NCBI GenBank assembly: GCA_002269645.1 | Contig: NIVC01000787.1 | Location: 43,648-107,647, forward strand | From: Macrostomum lignano | Lineage: Eukaryota | Reading direction: 5' to 3' | DNA: 64,000 nt | Shown: in pieces, positions 25,391 to 37,800 of the stretch | Layout: every line of letters starts with the position of its first letter | Position numbering within the stretch: the stretch's first letter is position 1 | Notes under the pieces: generated by a model | What the model was told of the DNA's origin: nothing | What the model saw: the letters and a program-made list of their open reading frames with translations, nothing else | Databases searched by the model: none | Program-made: the position numbers and the translations under genes

Positions 25391-26034
25391 GGACAGAAAA
25401 TAGATATAATTAATATTTCTAGTATTCTATGAATTTTCTGAACCAGAAGAGTAAGCTATATTAAGCTATCAATATCACATCCCATTGACGATTGGGCATT
25501 CGTCTGCATGGAAGAATAAACCCATCACTCATGGTTGCCTTCATCCATGAAATTTCTGTGGCAATTGAGTAACGTGAGGTCAGTGTTCAGCTCAAGCTCA
25601 TAAAGCTCAGTTCAAGACAAAATAGACACGCACCGGGGAATTCAGTTACTATACTCGCAAATGAGAATGTAAAAAACCAGTACCTACTCTTAGTAAGAGG
25701 GTGCCACGTTTCACCCGGAGGTTTCTGAGTACATATAGTTGAGTTGAGCAATTTACTCAATGCATAAACATGCAGTTGCTTACCGATACAAAATCTTCAC
25801 GGCTGTAATACGAACTGGTAAATCGATCCGATTAAAAAACTTTTAAGTAGCTTTTTAAAGAGTTTTTTTTGTTCTGTCAGTAATTTTTATGCATTTCGAA
25901 ATTGCTAATTGAACTCGAATAATCAATGAATAAATCAGATGAATATTCTTTGCCATGGATCTGATAATGGAGAGGTGGGAACAGAGCCAAGTATGCAAAT
26001 TTCTATACTATTTTTTGCCGGATCTAGGCTGTAA

Positions 26035-26570
26035 ACACATTTTGGCGCCGCAATCACTCATTTTGGCGCCGCAATCACTCATTTTGGCGCCGCAATCACT
26101 CATTTTGGCGCCGCAATCACTCATTTTGGCGCCGCAGGCACTCATTTTGGCGCCGCAGTCATTACTTTTGGCGCCACAGGCACTCATTTTGGCGCCGCAG
26201 GCACACATTTTTGCGCCGCAGTCATTCATCTTGGCGCCGCAATCACTCATTTTGGCGCCGCGCCCCAGGCACTCATTTTGGCGCCGCAGGCACTCAATTT
26301 GGCGCCGCAGGCACTCATTTTGGCGCCGCAGGCAATCATTTTGGCGCCGCAATCACTCATTTTGGCGCCGCGCCCCAGGCACTTATTTTAGCGCTGTAGG
26401 CACTCATTTTGGCGCCGCAATCACTCATTTTGGCGCCGTAGTCATTGATTTTGGCGCTACAGACACTCATTTTGGCGCCACAGGCACTCATTTTAGCGCT
26501 GTAGGCACTCATTTTGGCGCCGCAATCACTCATTTTTGCGCCGCGCCACAGGCACTCATTTTGGCTCTCT
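26035..26570 (+). repeat. 21-bp minisatellite (TCATTTTGGCGCCGCAATCAC)n
   Basis: About 25 variant copies. Two related units occur at 22080-22120, and both sites are preceded by GCCATGGAT. Confidence 0.9.
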
Positions 26571-27734
26571 GAAGCAAATTTCGAATTCCCATTGTGCCTT
26601 GCTGCTGTTTTAGAGTTTGTTTTTGGTCTTTTGGGTAATGTGTCCAAAATTAGGAATAGAAAATAATCAGACATACAGAAACTATGCAGAGCACAAACGC
26701 GAGCTGTTCTAGATTTAGGTGTTTGTTAAATAAAAGAAGCGAAGTGCAACTCAAGCAATGCGCTCAGCAAAAAGTTTATTTGCGTTATGAAAGACGACAA
26801 ACAAATACCATTGTGGCTCCACGGACCATGCAGGTGCATACTGGTTCTGTTGCGTGATTGACTCTCCTCACTTGTCAGACTAGCAGTTCTTCAGTTTAAC
26901 GAACATTTCGACCTTCATTATACCTGTAAGCACCTGTTGTCGGGAAGCTCCCATAATCAAACGTCGCACGAAAGCAAGGTATACAAATTTTTAATTTCGA
27001 TTAATTAATTCGATGCAATATTTTTTTTCCAAATATTTTTTAGTTTCAAAATCAAACGAACAAGAATTGAATTGGCTAATTAAGTTTGTTAAAATCGGTG
27101 ATGCGGCGGAGCAGAAATGGAAAAAGCGAAATCAAATATTCAAATTTAGTTTAACACAGGCAGGCGGGGTGCAGGCAGAAAAAATGACATCTATATGAGG
27201 AAAAGTTCCGATAACTATGACAAGTGATGAAGCAAAAGGTCGAATATCTACTCATAAATATTAGGGAAACAATTCCTTCGTCAAACACCCATCAAAAACA
27301 CAGCCATGCATGCAGAAAAAAATCGGCAAACTTCAAAAAAACGTCAAATTCGAATCGAATTTGAATTCGCGCCACTAAGAGACATAGTTAAACAACGTTT
27401 AAAATCACCTTTTCCAAACTGAAATATAGGATTTTAGCTTTGAAAAGTCTTTTTAGTGCGCTTTAAGGTTTCCTTTTGGTGTTTAACGGTCGTTTAACCA
27501 ATGACCATTTTGTGGCGCGAATTCAAATTCGATTAGTTTAGCACCAGATTCTTGAAGAACACCAAGTACTGATATATATCTAGAAAAAGATTAGAACCAA
27601 CAGGTAATAGCAGCAACTTATCAAGCAAAGGAAAAGGCAACTTGAACAGAAACGAACAGAGAATTAAGAGAAAAATGTGGATTTTTTCTTTTTCTGAAAT
27701 GTTTGACAGAGCCACTACAGGCCACTACAGGTCA

Positions 27735-29207
27735 TCAGAGCTGGTGCTGCTGATGATGGTGAACACCAGGCGCTGGAGAAGCGCTAGCGGCGGCCAGAGA
27801 AGGCATACTGCCCCAGGACTTCATGCAGTAGGCGGCACTGCCGGGCACCACATGTGGCAGGTGCTGGTAGACTGCGGGCGTCGGGACAGCCGTGCTGCTG
27901 TACATAACAGGCTGCGGCAGTTGCTGGTACTGCTGTTGTTGGTGGTGCTGCTGCTGCTGAAACTGCTGCTGGTACTGCTGCTGATGCTGCTGCCACAGGC
28001 TGGCCTGACGCTGCGACTGTACGCGGTACATGGCAAATCGAGGATAAGCGGCCGCAGCGGCGGCAGCAGCTGCGGCGGCAGCGGCAGCAGCCGGGGCGCC
28101 CGGATCCGACGACTGATGCTGATGCAACTGCCAGCAGGGCGTCGCAGGGGCTGCGGCGGTCATCGCGGCGCCGGCCGAGGATGCAACAGCCATCACTGGG
28201 GGAGGCGGCAGCTGGGTCTGCATCGGCGGCAGTGGCGGCATCTGCTGCTGCTGCTGCTGCTGCGGTGTCTCGCCAGCAGCCGAAATGTAGCACTCAGCCA
28301 TGGCTGCCTCAATCGACTGGGACGAAGCGTCAGCCGAGGCGGCGGCAGCGGCGGCAGTCACTGAGACGGCGCTCTCGTCGCAGGCGACGCCGCTGTCGTC
28401 ACCCGGAGTAGGCGTGACGGTTTCTGCGGGCGCCGTCTGCTGCAGCTGCTGGCGAAGGCTGGGATCAGTTGGATGGCGCTGTCTTGAATGATCGGCCGAC
28501 TCGCAGGTTTGGTGACCCTCGGAGGCGGTCGGGCTGCCCTGACTCTGCTGACAATCTTCGTAGCCGCCGCTAGGGCACACCGGAGTTGAATAGGACGTGC
28601 TGAAGTGCAACTGGTGCTGGTAGTGCTGCTGATGATGATGCTGCGGAATCTGGTAGAGCATTGGCTGCTGCTGGTGCTGCTGGTGGTGATATCCGGCCGG
28701 CAATAGTACAGGCTGGGTCGGATAATAACCCTGGATGTAGTATCCGTGCTGTTGCTGTTGCTGGGCCGGCGTGCTAATGCTGTAGCCAACCGCTGGCGGC
28801 ACCTGCAGCTGCGGAGCCAGGTGCGATACGGATGTTGGCGCGTAGTAACCAGTGTGGTACGGGGCCTGTGCTGACCATTGCTGCTGCTGCTGTTGTTGTT
28901 GATGATGTTGCTGCTGCTGATGATGCTGTTGCTGCTGATGATGATGATGCTGATGATGATTCTGCTGATGCTGTTGTTGGCTCCGAATCTTCTCGGCAAC
29001 CTTGTCAGCCACCTGGTCGGAGATCTCCTGCAGCAAATGGCTCAAGTCAGGTTGTTGCTGTTGTTGCTGCTGTTGCTGCTTTGGCTGAAGCTGCTGAGGC
29101 TGATGGAATTGATTAGACGGCTGACTCTGATGCGTCATCATAGCTGGCTGAGATTGTTGACGCAGAAACATCGGCGCTTGAGCCGGCTTAAAATAGTAGG
29201 CCGTCAT
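27735..29207 (-). CDS. Intronless Gln/His/Ala-rich low-complexity protein (490 aa)
   Basis: Long open frame with mixed CAG/CAA codons and non-repetitive segments (DLSHLLQEISDQVADKVAEKIRS; YPRFAMYRVQSQRQASLW). Promoter-like motifs lie upstream. No known domain. Confidence 0.5.
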   Translation of the reverse strand: MTAYYFKPAQAPMFLRQQSQPAMMTHQSQPSNQFHQPQQLQPKQQQQQQQQQPDLSHLLQEISDQVADKVAEKIRSQQQHQQNHHQHHHHQQQQHHQQQQHHQQQQQQQQWSAQAPYHTGYYAPTSVSHLAPQLQVPPAVGYSISTPAQQQQQHGYYIQGYYPTQPVLLPAGYHHQQHQQQPMLYQIPQHHHQQHYQHQLHFSTSYSTPVCPSGGYEDCQQSQGSPTASEGHQTCESADHSRQRHPTDPSLRQQLQQTAPAETVTPTPGDDSGVACDESAVSVTAAAAAASADASSQSIEAAMAECYISAAGETPQQQQQQQMPPLPPMQTQLPPPPVMAVASSAGAAMTAAAPATPCWQLHQHQSSDPGAPAAAAAAAAAAAAAAAYPRFAMYRVQSQRQASLWQQHQQQYQQQFQQQQHHQQQQYQQLPQPVMYSSTAVPTPAVYQHLPHVVPGSAAYCMKSWGSMPSLAAASASPAPGVHHHQQHQL

Positions 29208-29329
29208 GCTTGTTTTTCTCGATGTTTTTTGTTTGTTTGTTTTGTTGTTTTTCCCCTGCTTATTTTTGCTAGGTTCGCTCGGTTCTCATTAGCTACTAAA
29301 CAATTTGTAAACTAACAGGCTGTGTACAC

Positions 29330-29680
29330 AGAAGCCAGAAGCGGATTGCGCCAAACTCAGTGTATTATATTGGCTAATTAAATTACAGTCTAACACATCT
29401 GGCTGGGACAGGGTCGGGCTAAGAGAAAAAGAACGCGATGAACGGTTGGCCTGGGCTGGATATATTTACAATCCAAGTCGGGGAGGCGGGTTGGGGTTAG
29501 GCGCGGTGCGTAGGCCTAATAAAACCTCCACCCCTCCGTTAAAAACGATAGCCAAAGGTCGGGAAGGGGAGGCGGGCTAAGCCTTGCAGCCCACCAGTTT
29601 TATTGTTTGGCGGAGGAGGGGGTGGGTGAGAAGCGAGGAAGGGCAGTACGGTTAAAGGCTTGGCCAATCAACGCTTACTG
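29330..29680. promoter_or_regulatory. Putative promoter of the Gln-rich gene
   Basis: CCAAT/ATTGG boxes (about 29370 and 29663) and GC-box-like GGGAGGCGGG motifs (about 29480 and 29567), 150-450 bp upstream of the ATG. Confidence 0.35.
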
Positions 29681-30259
29681 TTGCCTCTTCAGTTTCATAG
29701 GACCGCACGGCCTTGAACCCCGCTGGCTAAGGGGGTTGGTTCTTTGTTAGTGAGTTCACTTTATTAAAGCGCATTTTAAACCTTGGTGCAGATGCACCAA
29801 ATCGTGCTAAAGTAGCTTTTTAACAGTCATCGTGTTCACAAGTACATTCTTATCGTTAGTGGCTTATTGAAGGTCATAAAAATTACACAGAGAAGAATGC
29901 GACTGCAAAACCATTGCATTTAAATCTGTCAATCTGTGCAATCAAGGTTACTTAGAGTTCAGTTCGTCAGCCGCTAATCGCTAGACTTACATCCTATTTA
30001 CATGCAATCCTGCTCGTAGTCTTCAGGGACAATCTGTGAATAGAGTTTAAAAGAAGAAATCAGTCATCATACAAGTCGTTTAGACATTCAAATTCAAAAT
30101 AATTTTCTAAAATGGGAGGAAAACAGAAAGTAGAGTTGACACGAAATGGGGAGGCTGAAATTGAAAGATGATCATGTGTGGCTGTGACATAGGTCATTGT
30201 GTTCTCAGAACAGATCATGAATAGCAGTGAACATCTGGTTGTTGTGGCCTATAAAGTCA

Positions 30260-30720
30260 GAATAGCCGCAGAGAATGGTCATAGAATAGCCGCAGAGAAT
30301 GGTCATAGAATAGCCGCAGAGAATGGTCATAGAATAGCCGCAGCTAGAGAGTGATCATAGAATAGCCGCAGAGAGTGGTCATAGAATATCCGCAGCTAGA
30401 GAGTGATCATAGAATAGCCGCAGAGAGTGGTCATAGAATATCCGCAGCTAGAGAGTGATCATAGAATAGCCGCAGAGAGTGGTCATAGAATAGCCGCAGC
30501 TAGAGAGTGATCATAGAATAGCCGCAGAGAGTGGTCATAGAATAGCCGCAGCTAGAGAGTGATCATAGAATAGCCGCAGAGAGTGGTCATAGAATAGCCG
30601 CAGAGAGTGGTCATAGAATAGCCACAGTGAATGGTCATAGAATAGCCACAGAGAATTTAGTTGGAAAGAATGGTCATAGATTCGCCGCGGAGAATGGTCA
30701 TAGCATAGCCGCGGAAAACG
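30260..30720 (+). repeat. 24/27-bp minisatellite (AGAATAGCCGCAGAGAGTGGTCAT)n
   Basis: About 17 variant copies. Confidence 0.9.
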
Positions 30721-31058
30721 GAAATAGAGACAGTAGGGAATGATCATAAGGGTGGAATAACCAATACGTGTAAGGATTGTACGGCCGCCTGAAAATTAGC
30801 CAATAGAAATTCCCGATGAAGCTAATATATATATTTGTCCACCCTGGCAACAGGCATCGCAATTTTGAATATTGAATAGAGTCAAGCAACAATGGGTGTA
30901 TTGGCTGGCACAATATGGTGCTCTGCACTTTGCTCTTAGTTAATAAAAAGGTCGCAGTCACTGTATAGACAGGTTCAGGAAATCCCCCCCGCCTATCAAA
31001 ACTCTTTTATAGAATCATTTTTGATAGCTCAACACTTGAGCAGGAGCTTATAGGCAAC

Positions 31059-32346
31059 ATGCCGTTAGCAACAGCTAAAGCAGTGTTTATTACTCTAGCT
31101 ATAATGTTGGCCAAACCCAACACAGCCCTGGTGTGCTACAGTTGCGGCAGCGGCCTCTGCACCGACGACTCGCCGGAGGACAGCTTCGATTCGTCGACTG
31201 TTGGGCAGGTGTTCAGCGTTGGCAGCAACGGCTGCGCACTCTGCTATGTGAGGACTTCCTCTAGCCTAGCCGCTTGCTTAGGGATAGTACAGTATGCTAA
31301 TGAGAATGAGTGTGAGAGTAGGGTCATAGAGGGTGATTGGACAGTGAGAGTAGGATCATAGAGGGTGATTGGGACAGTGAGAGTAGGGTCATAGAGGGTG
31401 ATTGGGACAGTGAGAGTAGGATCATAGAGGGTGCTTGGGACAGTGAGAGTAGGGTCATAGAGGGTGCTTGGGACAGTGAGAGTAGGGTCATAGAGGGTGC
31501 TTGGGACAGTGAGAGTAGGGTCATAGAGGGTGTTAGGGACAGTGAGAGTAGGGTCATAGAGGGTGATAAGGACAGTGAGAGTAGGGTCATAGAGGGTGAT
31601 TGGGACAGTGAGAGTATAGAGTCATAGAGGGTGCTTGGGACAGTGAGAGTAGGGTCATAGAGGGTGATAGGGACAGTGTGTGAGAGTAGGGTCATAGAGG
31701 GTGATAGGGACAGCGAAGAGTAGGGTCATAGAGGGTGAGTGATAGGGACAGTGAGAGTAGGGTCATAGAGGGTGATAGGGACAGTGAGAGTAGGGTCATA
31801 GAGGGTGATAAGGACAGTGAGAGTAGGGTCATAGAGGGTGCTTGGGACAGTGAGAGTAGGGTCATAGAGGGTGATAGGGACAGTGAGAGTAGGGTCATAG
31901 AGGGTGATAGGGACAGCGAAGAGTAGGGTCATAGAGGGTGCTTGGGACAGTGAGAGTAGGGTCATAGAGGGTGATAGGAACAGCGAGAGTAGGGTCATAG
32001 ATGACATAGTCATAGAGGCTGGGAAGCAATGACAATATGCGGCATGAAAACAGAGTATGACAAGTAATTGGACTCCTTTCTCCTGACGCAAGACAGCCTT
32101 TCAATCCAATTGAACCCTTGAACACAGAAAGCAGTGGACCAGTTGTCAAAGTCGGTGAGCAGATACTGCGTGACAGTAGACAACTGTCCAGTGATCTACA
32201 ATGCCAAGGTGCACTGCTGCAGCGAACGATTGTGCAATCGCGGCTCAAGGACGTCGATGCCCACGTTGGCCTCGTCCAGATGCTGCCTACAAGCGATTGC
32301 CGTATGGCTCACGGCGGCAATTTGGATCGGAAACTTCATTGAGTGA
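31059..32346 (+). CDS. Ly6/uPAR (three-finger) GPI-anchored protein; exons 31059-31247 and 32128-32346
   Basis: Signal peptide MPLATAKAVFITLAIMLAKPNTA. The phase-0 GT-AG splice gives VCYSC...C...GCALCY|KAVDQLSKSVSRYC...C...HCCSERLCN, which has 10 Cys and the CCxxxxCN signature, followed by a hydrophobic C-terminal tail. Confidence 0.85.
31310..32000 (+). repeat. 33-bp minisatellite in the Ly6 intron
   Basis: (GGGACAGTGAGAGTAGGGTCATAGAGGGTGATT)n, about 20 copies. Confidence 0.95.
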
Positions 32347-32397
32347 ATTGGCATCATTATCATGCACAATATGCATGACAACTGCCGGCAAACTCTA

Positions 32398-32420
32398 GAC
32401 AGACAGACAGGCAGGCAGGC

Positions 32421-32465
<45 letters not shown>

Positions 32466-32610
32466 GGCAGACAGACAGACACACAGACATATATACAGAC
32501 AGACAGACAGACACACAGACAGACAGACAGAAAGACAGACAGACAGACAGACAGACACACAGACATATATACAGACAGACACACAGACAGACAGACAGAA
32601 AGACAGACAC

Positions 32611-32645
<35 letters not shown>

Positions 32646-32842
32646 CACAGACATATATACAGACAGACACACAGACAGACAGACAGAAAGACAGACAGAC
32701 AGACATATATACAGACAGACACACAGACAGACAGACAGACAGACAGACAGAAAGACAGACAGACAGACACACAGACAGACAGGCAGGCAGGCAGGCAGAC
32801 AGACAGACAGACAGACACAGACAGACAAACAGACACACACAC

Positions 32843-32890
<48 letters not shown>

Positions 32891-33026
32891 AAAGACAGAC
32901 ACACAGACAGACAGACAGACAGACAGAAAGACAGACAGACAGACACACAGACAGACAGACAGGCAGGCAGACAGGCAGGCAGACAGACAGACAGACAGAC
33001 ACAGACAGACAAACAGACACACACAC

Positions 33027-33079
<53 letters not shown>

Positions 33080-33196
33080 AAGACAGACACACAGACAGAC
33101 AGACAGACAGACAGAAAGACAGACAGACAGACACACAGACAGACAGACAGGCAGGCAGACAGACAGACAGACAGACACAGACAGACAAACAGACAC

Positions 33197-33239
<43 letters not shown>

Positions 33240-33436
33240 CACAGACATATATACAGACAGACACACAGACAGACAGACAGAAAGACAGACAGACAGACAT
33301 ATATACAGACAGACACACAGACAGACAGACAGACAGACAGACAGAAAGACAGACAGACAGACACACAGACAGACAGGCAGGCAGGCAGGCAGACAGACAG
33401 ACAGACAGACACAGACAGACAAACAGACACACACAC

Positions 33437-33480
<44 letters not shown>

Positions 33481-33616
33481 AAAGACAGACACACAGACAG
33501 ACAGACAGACAGACAGAAAGACAGACAGACAGACACACAGACAGACAGACAGGCAGGCAGACAGGCAGGCAGACAGACAGACAGACAGACACAGACAGAC
33601 AAACAGACACACACAC

Positions 33617-33669
<53 letters not shown>

Positions 33670-33680
33670 AAGACAGACAC

Positions 33681-33723
<43 letters not shown>

Positions 33724-33806
33724 CACAGACAGACAGACAGGCAGGCAGACAGGCAGGCAGGCAGACAGACAGACAGACAGACACAGACAGACAAACAGAC
33801 ACACAC

Positions 33807-33847
<41 letters not shown>

Positions 33848-33860
33848 GGCAGGCAGACAA
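32398..33860 (+). repeat. Compound (CAGA)n microsatellite with higher-order blocks
   Basis: 1.46 kb of CAGA with CAGG, CACA and CAAA variants in recurring order; source of the 500-aa QTDR and CLSV ORFs. Confidence 0.97.
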
Positions 33861-34329
33861 ACCAAGAGAGACAGACATGCAGATTATCTGCAACGAACTT
33901 TTGATTGTCGAAAGTCATTTCGAAAAAATAAAACAAAGTTTAACAATTCGGCGATAAATTTAATTAGTCAAATCAGTTCAGATTTAAAATTATTTCAAAA
34001 AATTATATTCACTCGCAAATTACAAAAAGACGCATTACATCCGAAATCTGAAGCATTTGCACCTGGAGTAAAGCAGTAATAAAAGAATTCTGAAAATACA
34101 GAATAAAAAAACTATAGAAAATACGAAGAACAAGTTACTGAATTTTATTTTGTTCATAGAATTATATTAGAAATTAAGTATCCAAGAAAAGTCCTTTAGT
34201 TTAAATAGATGATTAACGCGACAACATACTAAGCATCGGAGATTGGCTGATTCGAAAAAATATACTTGAAATTAACGAGTAATAGGTTAATTAATTAATG
34301 GCAAGGAGATCACCATGCTCTACCCTTCT

Positions 34330-34650
34330 ATGAGCCAGTTCTGCACCCATTACCCCCCAATTTCAGGCATTTCTTCACCCCTACCCTCAATTTCAGGCAG
34401 TTCTGCACCCCTACCCCTAATTTCAGCCAGTTCTGCACCCCTACCCCTAATTTCAGCCAGTTCTGCACCCCTACCCCTAATTTCAGCCAGTTCTGCACCC
34501 CTACCCCTAATTTCAGGCAGTTCTGCACCCCTACCCCTAATTTCAGGCAGTTCTGCACCCCTACCCTCAATTTCAGCCAGTTCTGCACCCCTACCCCTAA
34601 TTTCAGGCAGTTCTGCACCCCTACCCCTAATTTCAGCCAGTTCTGCACAC
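34330..34650 (+). repeat. 30-bp minisatellite
   Basis: (CAGTTCTGCACCCCTACCCCTAATTTCAGC)n, about 10 copies. Confidence 0.92.
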
Positions 34651-34817
34651 CATGTAGTTCTGAACAAACAGGCAGTTGCATACCAATTTCAAAAAACAGT
34701 TCTGCACTATAATCTAGATCTACACATAGTTTTTAACAAAAGAAGCGCGAGCATAGAGAAATTTATCAAAAAAGTTAAGATTCGGACCACATTAGATTGC
34801 TATTGTACTCGTACAAA

Positions 34818-37800
34818 TCAACTGAAATAGCCCCGCTCGCCCCAGCTGGTGCCCCAGCTGTTCTTCACAATCCAGTACTTCACTCCGCTGTTGGAGTCGA
34901 CTCCGTAGCCAACTAGCAGTACAGCGTGATTGGTCACCTCGAACGGGTTGAACTTGTCGCGCAGGCCAGTGTGTCGGTAGATGCCGCCTCGATAGTGCAA
35001 GAAATCGGAGTACACCTCGAATGAGACGCTCAATGGGCCGTGATTGACCAGGGCGATGCGCATCGCCTCCTCCGAGCAGCTGACGGTTGGAGAGGTGCGC
35101 CAAGTACTCAAGCATATGTACTTTTACTAAGTCTACTCTAAAGTCTACTCAGTTGACAGGTAATAATTTGCCTAGAATACATAACTACAACCGTCAAACC
35201 AACACAATGTACAATAAAATTCACATAGAACACCTACAGGTCTATCTACAACCTACCTAGAACCCCTGGAACCTACTCAGAACACATAGAACCCCGGGAA
35301 CCTACTCAGAACACCTATAACCCCTGGAACCTACTCAGAACACCTATAACCCCTGGAACCTACTCAGAACACCTAGAACCCCTGGAACCTACTCAGAACA
35401 CATAGAACTCCTGGAACCTACTCTGAACACCTAGAACCCCTGGAACCTACTCAGAACACCTAGAACCCCTGGAACCTACTCAGAACTCCTAGAACTCCTG
35501 GAAACTACTCAGAACACCTAGAACCTCTGAAACCTACTCAGAACACCTAGAACCCCTGGAACCTACTCAGAACACATAGAACCCCGGGAACCTACTCAGA
35601 ACACCTATAACCCCTGGAACCTACTCAGAACACCTATAACCCCTGGAACCTACTCAGAACACATAGAACTCCTGGAACCTACTCTGAACACCTAGAACCC
35701 CTGGAACCTACTCAGAACACATAGAACCCCTGGAACCTACTCAGAACTCCTAGAACTCCTGGAAACTACTCAGAACACCTAGAACCTCTGAAACCTACTC
35801 AGAACACCTAGAACCCCTGGAACCTACTCAGAACACCTAAAACCCCTTGGAACTTACACAGAACACCTAGAACCCCTGAAACCTACTCAGAACACCTGCA
35901 ACCCGCCTAGAAGCTCAGGAACTACTCAGAACACCTGGAGGCCCTGGAACTTATCCAGAACATCCAAAACCTACCTAGAACCACTGTATTGTACCAAGAA
36001 CACTTCCTACCCACTCAGAGCCCCTGCAACCTACCCAGAACGCTTCCAACCTACTCAGAAAACTACCAAAGAACAGCCGCAGCAACTCACGCGCCATAGT
36101 AGCCACCAACGTATTGATAATTAGTAGCGAACACCCGCCGACAAGGCTGCTTGGTTCGGCAGACGCCATCCTGACCCCTGTAGGGATTGCACTCCTCCAG
36201 AGCCATGCCGTAGTCTTCGGCGTATTTGCCAGCAATCAAATAGGGAAAACCGCCGTCGCAGCCCTGCGAATAGGGCGAGCATTCCACAACGTCCTGCTCG
36301 CTCAGGGTGTAATTAACGCTGTTACGACTGAGAATTTTTAGTCGAGCTTCCAGCATGCCCGTAGACGAGAACGAGTAGCAGCTGCCGCAGCTGGCCTGGT
36401 TGCGCACCGGGGACACGTAGCTTTGGCCGTTCACCTGGCGGGTGTTGGCGCGGGCTGAGTGTGTTCAGTTTGGGAGAAAAAACAAAAAAGTAAGGGACAA
36501 CTATTAAACACTGTACAGCACTGTAGAAGGGTAGAGACGCAGACAGGGGAGTGAGAGGAAGACAGGGGAGTAAGAGGCAGACAGACAGGGGAGTGAGAGC
36601 CAGACAGACAGCGGAGTGAAAGGAAGGCAGACAGGAGAGTGAGAGGCAGACAGGGGAGTGAGAGGCAGACAGACAGGGGAGTGAAAGGCAGGCAGACAGG
36701 GGAGTGAAAGGCAGGCAGACAGGAGAGTGAGAGGCAGGCAGACAGGAGAGTGAGAGGCAGGCAGGGGAGTGAGAGGCAGACAGACAGGGGAGTGAAAGGC
36801 AGGCAGACAGGGGAGTGAAAGGCAGGCAGACAGGAGAGTGAGAGGCAGGCAGACAGGAGAGTGAGAGGCAGGCAGGGGAGTGAGAGGCAGACAGGGGAGT
36901 GAGAGGCAGACAGACAGGGGAGTGAAAGGCAGGCAGACAGGAGAGTGAGAGGCAGACAGACAGGGGAGTGAAAGGCAGGCAGACAGGAGAGTGAGAGGCA
37001 GACAGACAGGGGAGTGAAAGGCAGGCAGACAGGGGAGTGAAAGGCAGGCAGACAGGAGAGTGAGAGGCAGGCAGGGGAGTGAGAGGCAGGCAGACAGACA
37101 GGGGAGGGGGAGAATTGCCAGTCAAACCTGTCTCCAATCCCAGCTGTCTGGCAATAATCTCACCTGTCTCCCATCCCAGATGTCTGGCAATAATCTCACC
37201 TGTCTCCAATCCCAGCTGTTTGGCAATAATCTCACTTGTCTCCAATCCCAGCTGTCTGGCAATAATCTCACCTGTCTCCAATCCCAGCTGTCTGGCAATA
37301 GACTAGCCAACAATTTCTGACTCTGAGTCGGTTCGGCCGGTCTCGGCCGCTGTCCGGCCGGGATTCTGGACAGTCGGCCGCCGGCTCGCCTGGTTAGATC
37401 GGCCAGACTGCTCAGGTGATATTCGGGATAGTCAACTGCTCGCCAGAGACCGGCAGCTGCCGAGTTGACTCGGCTAAGATAGCCGGGATTGGGGCGGTAG
37501 AGCACCCCAGTCTGCTCGGACCGGAAGGACAGCGGAGAAAGGTTGGAGACTGCAATCGGGTCGGCATGGCCAAGCTTGGCAGCTTTGAAGCAGGCCCAGT
37601 TGCGGCCAAGCAGATCGTGCGCAGTGCTGTTAGTGCCGAGCAAATTGCACAGCGACACTACAGAGGGGCCGGATTGGCGCCATTGGAAATAGCCGAAGTA
37701 TTTCCGGCCGGCGATGCGAACTTCGAAGCCCTGGAGATGTGAAGGGGTTTGTCAGTTAGTGTGTTGAAGATTTATCTACAGATAGGGGTAAGGAGATAGA

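Noticed and set aside
27642-29315. Leu-rich plus-strand ORFs (240 and 145 aa)
   Set aside because: Antisense shadows of CAG/CAA runs in the minus-strand Gln-rich ORF.
32196-33957. 500-565-aa ORFs (QTDR and CLSV repeats)
   Set aside because: Translations of the (CAGA)n microsatellite.
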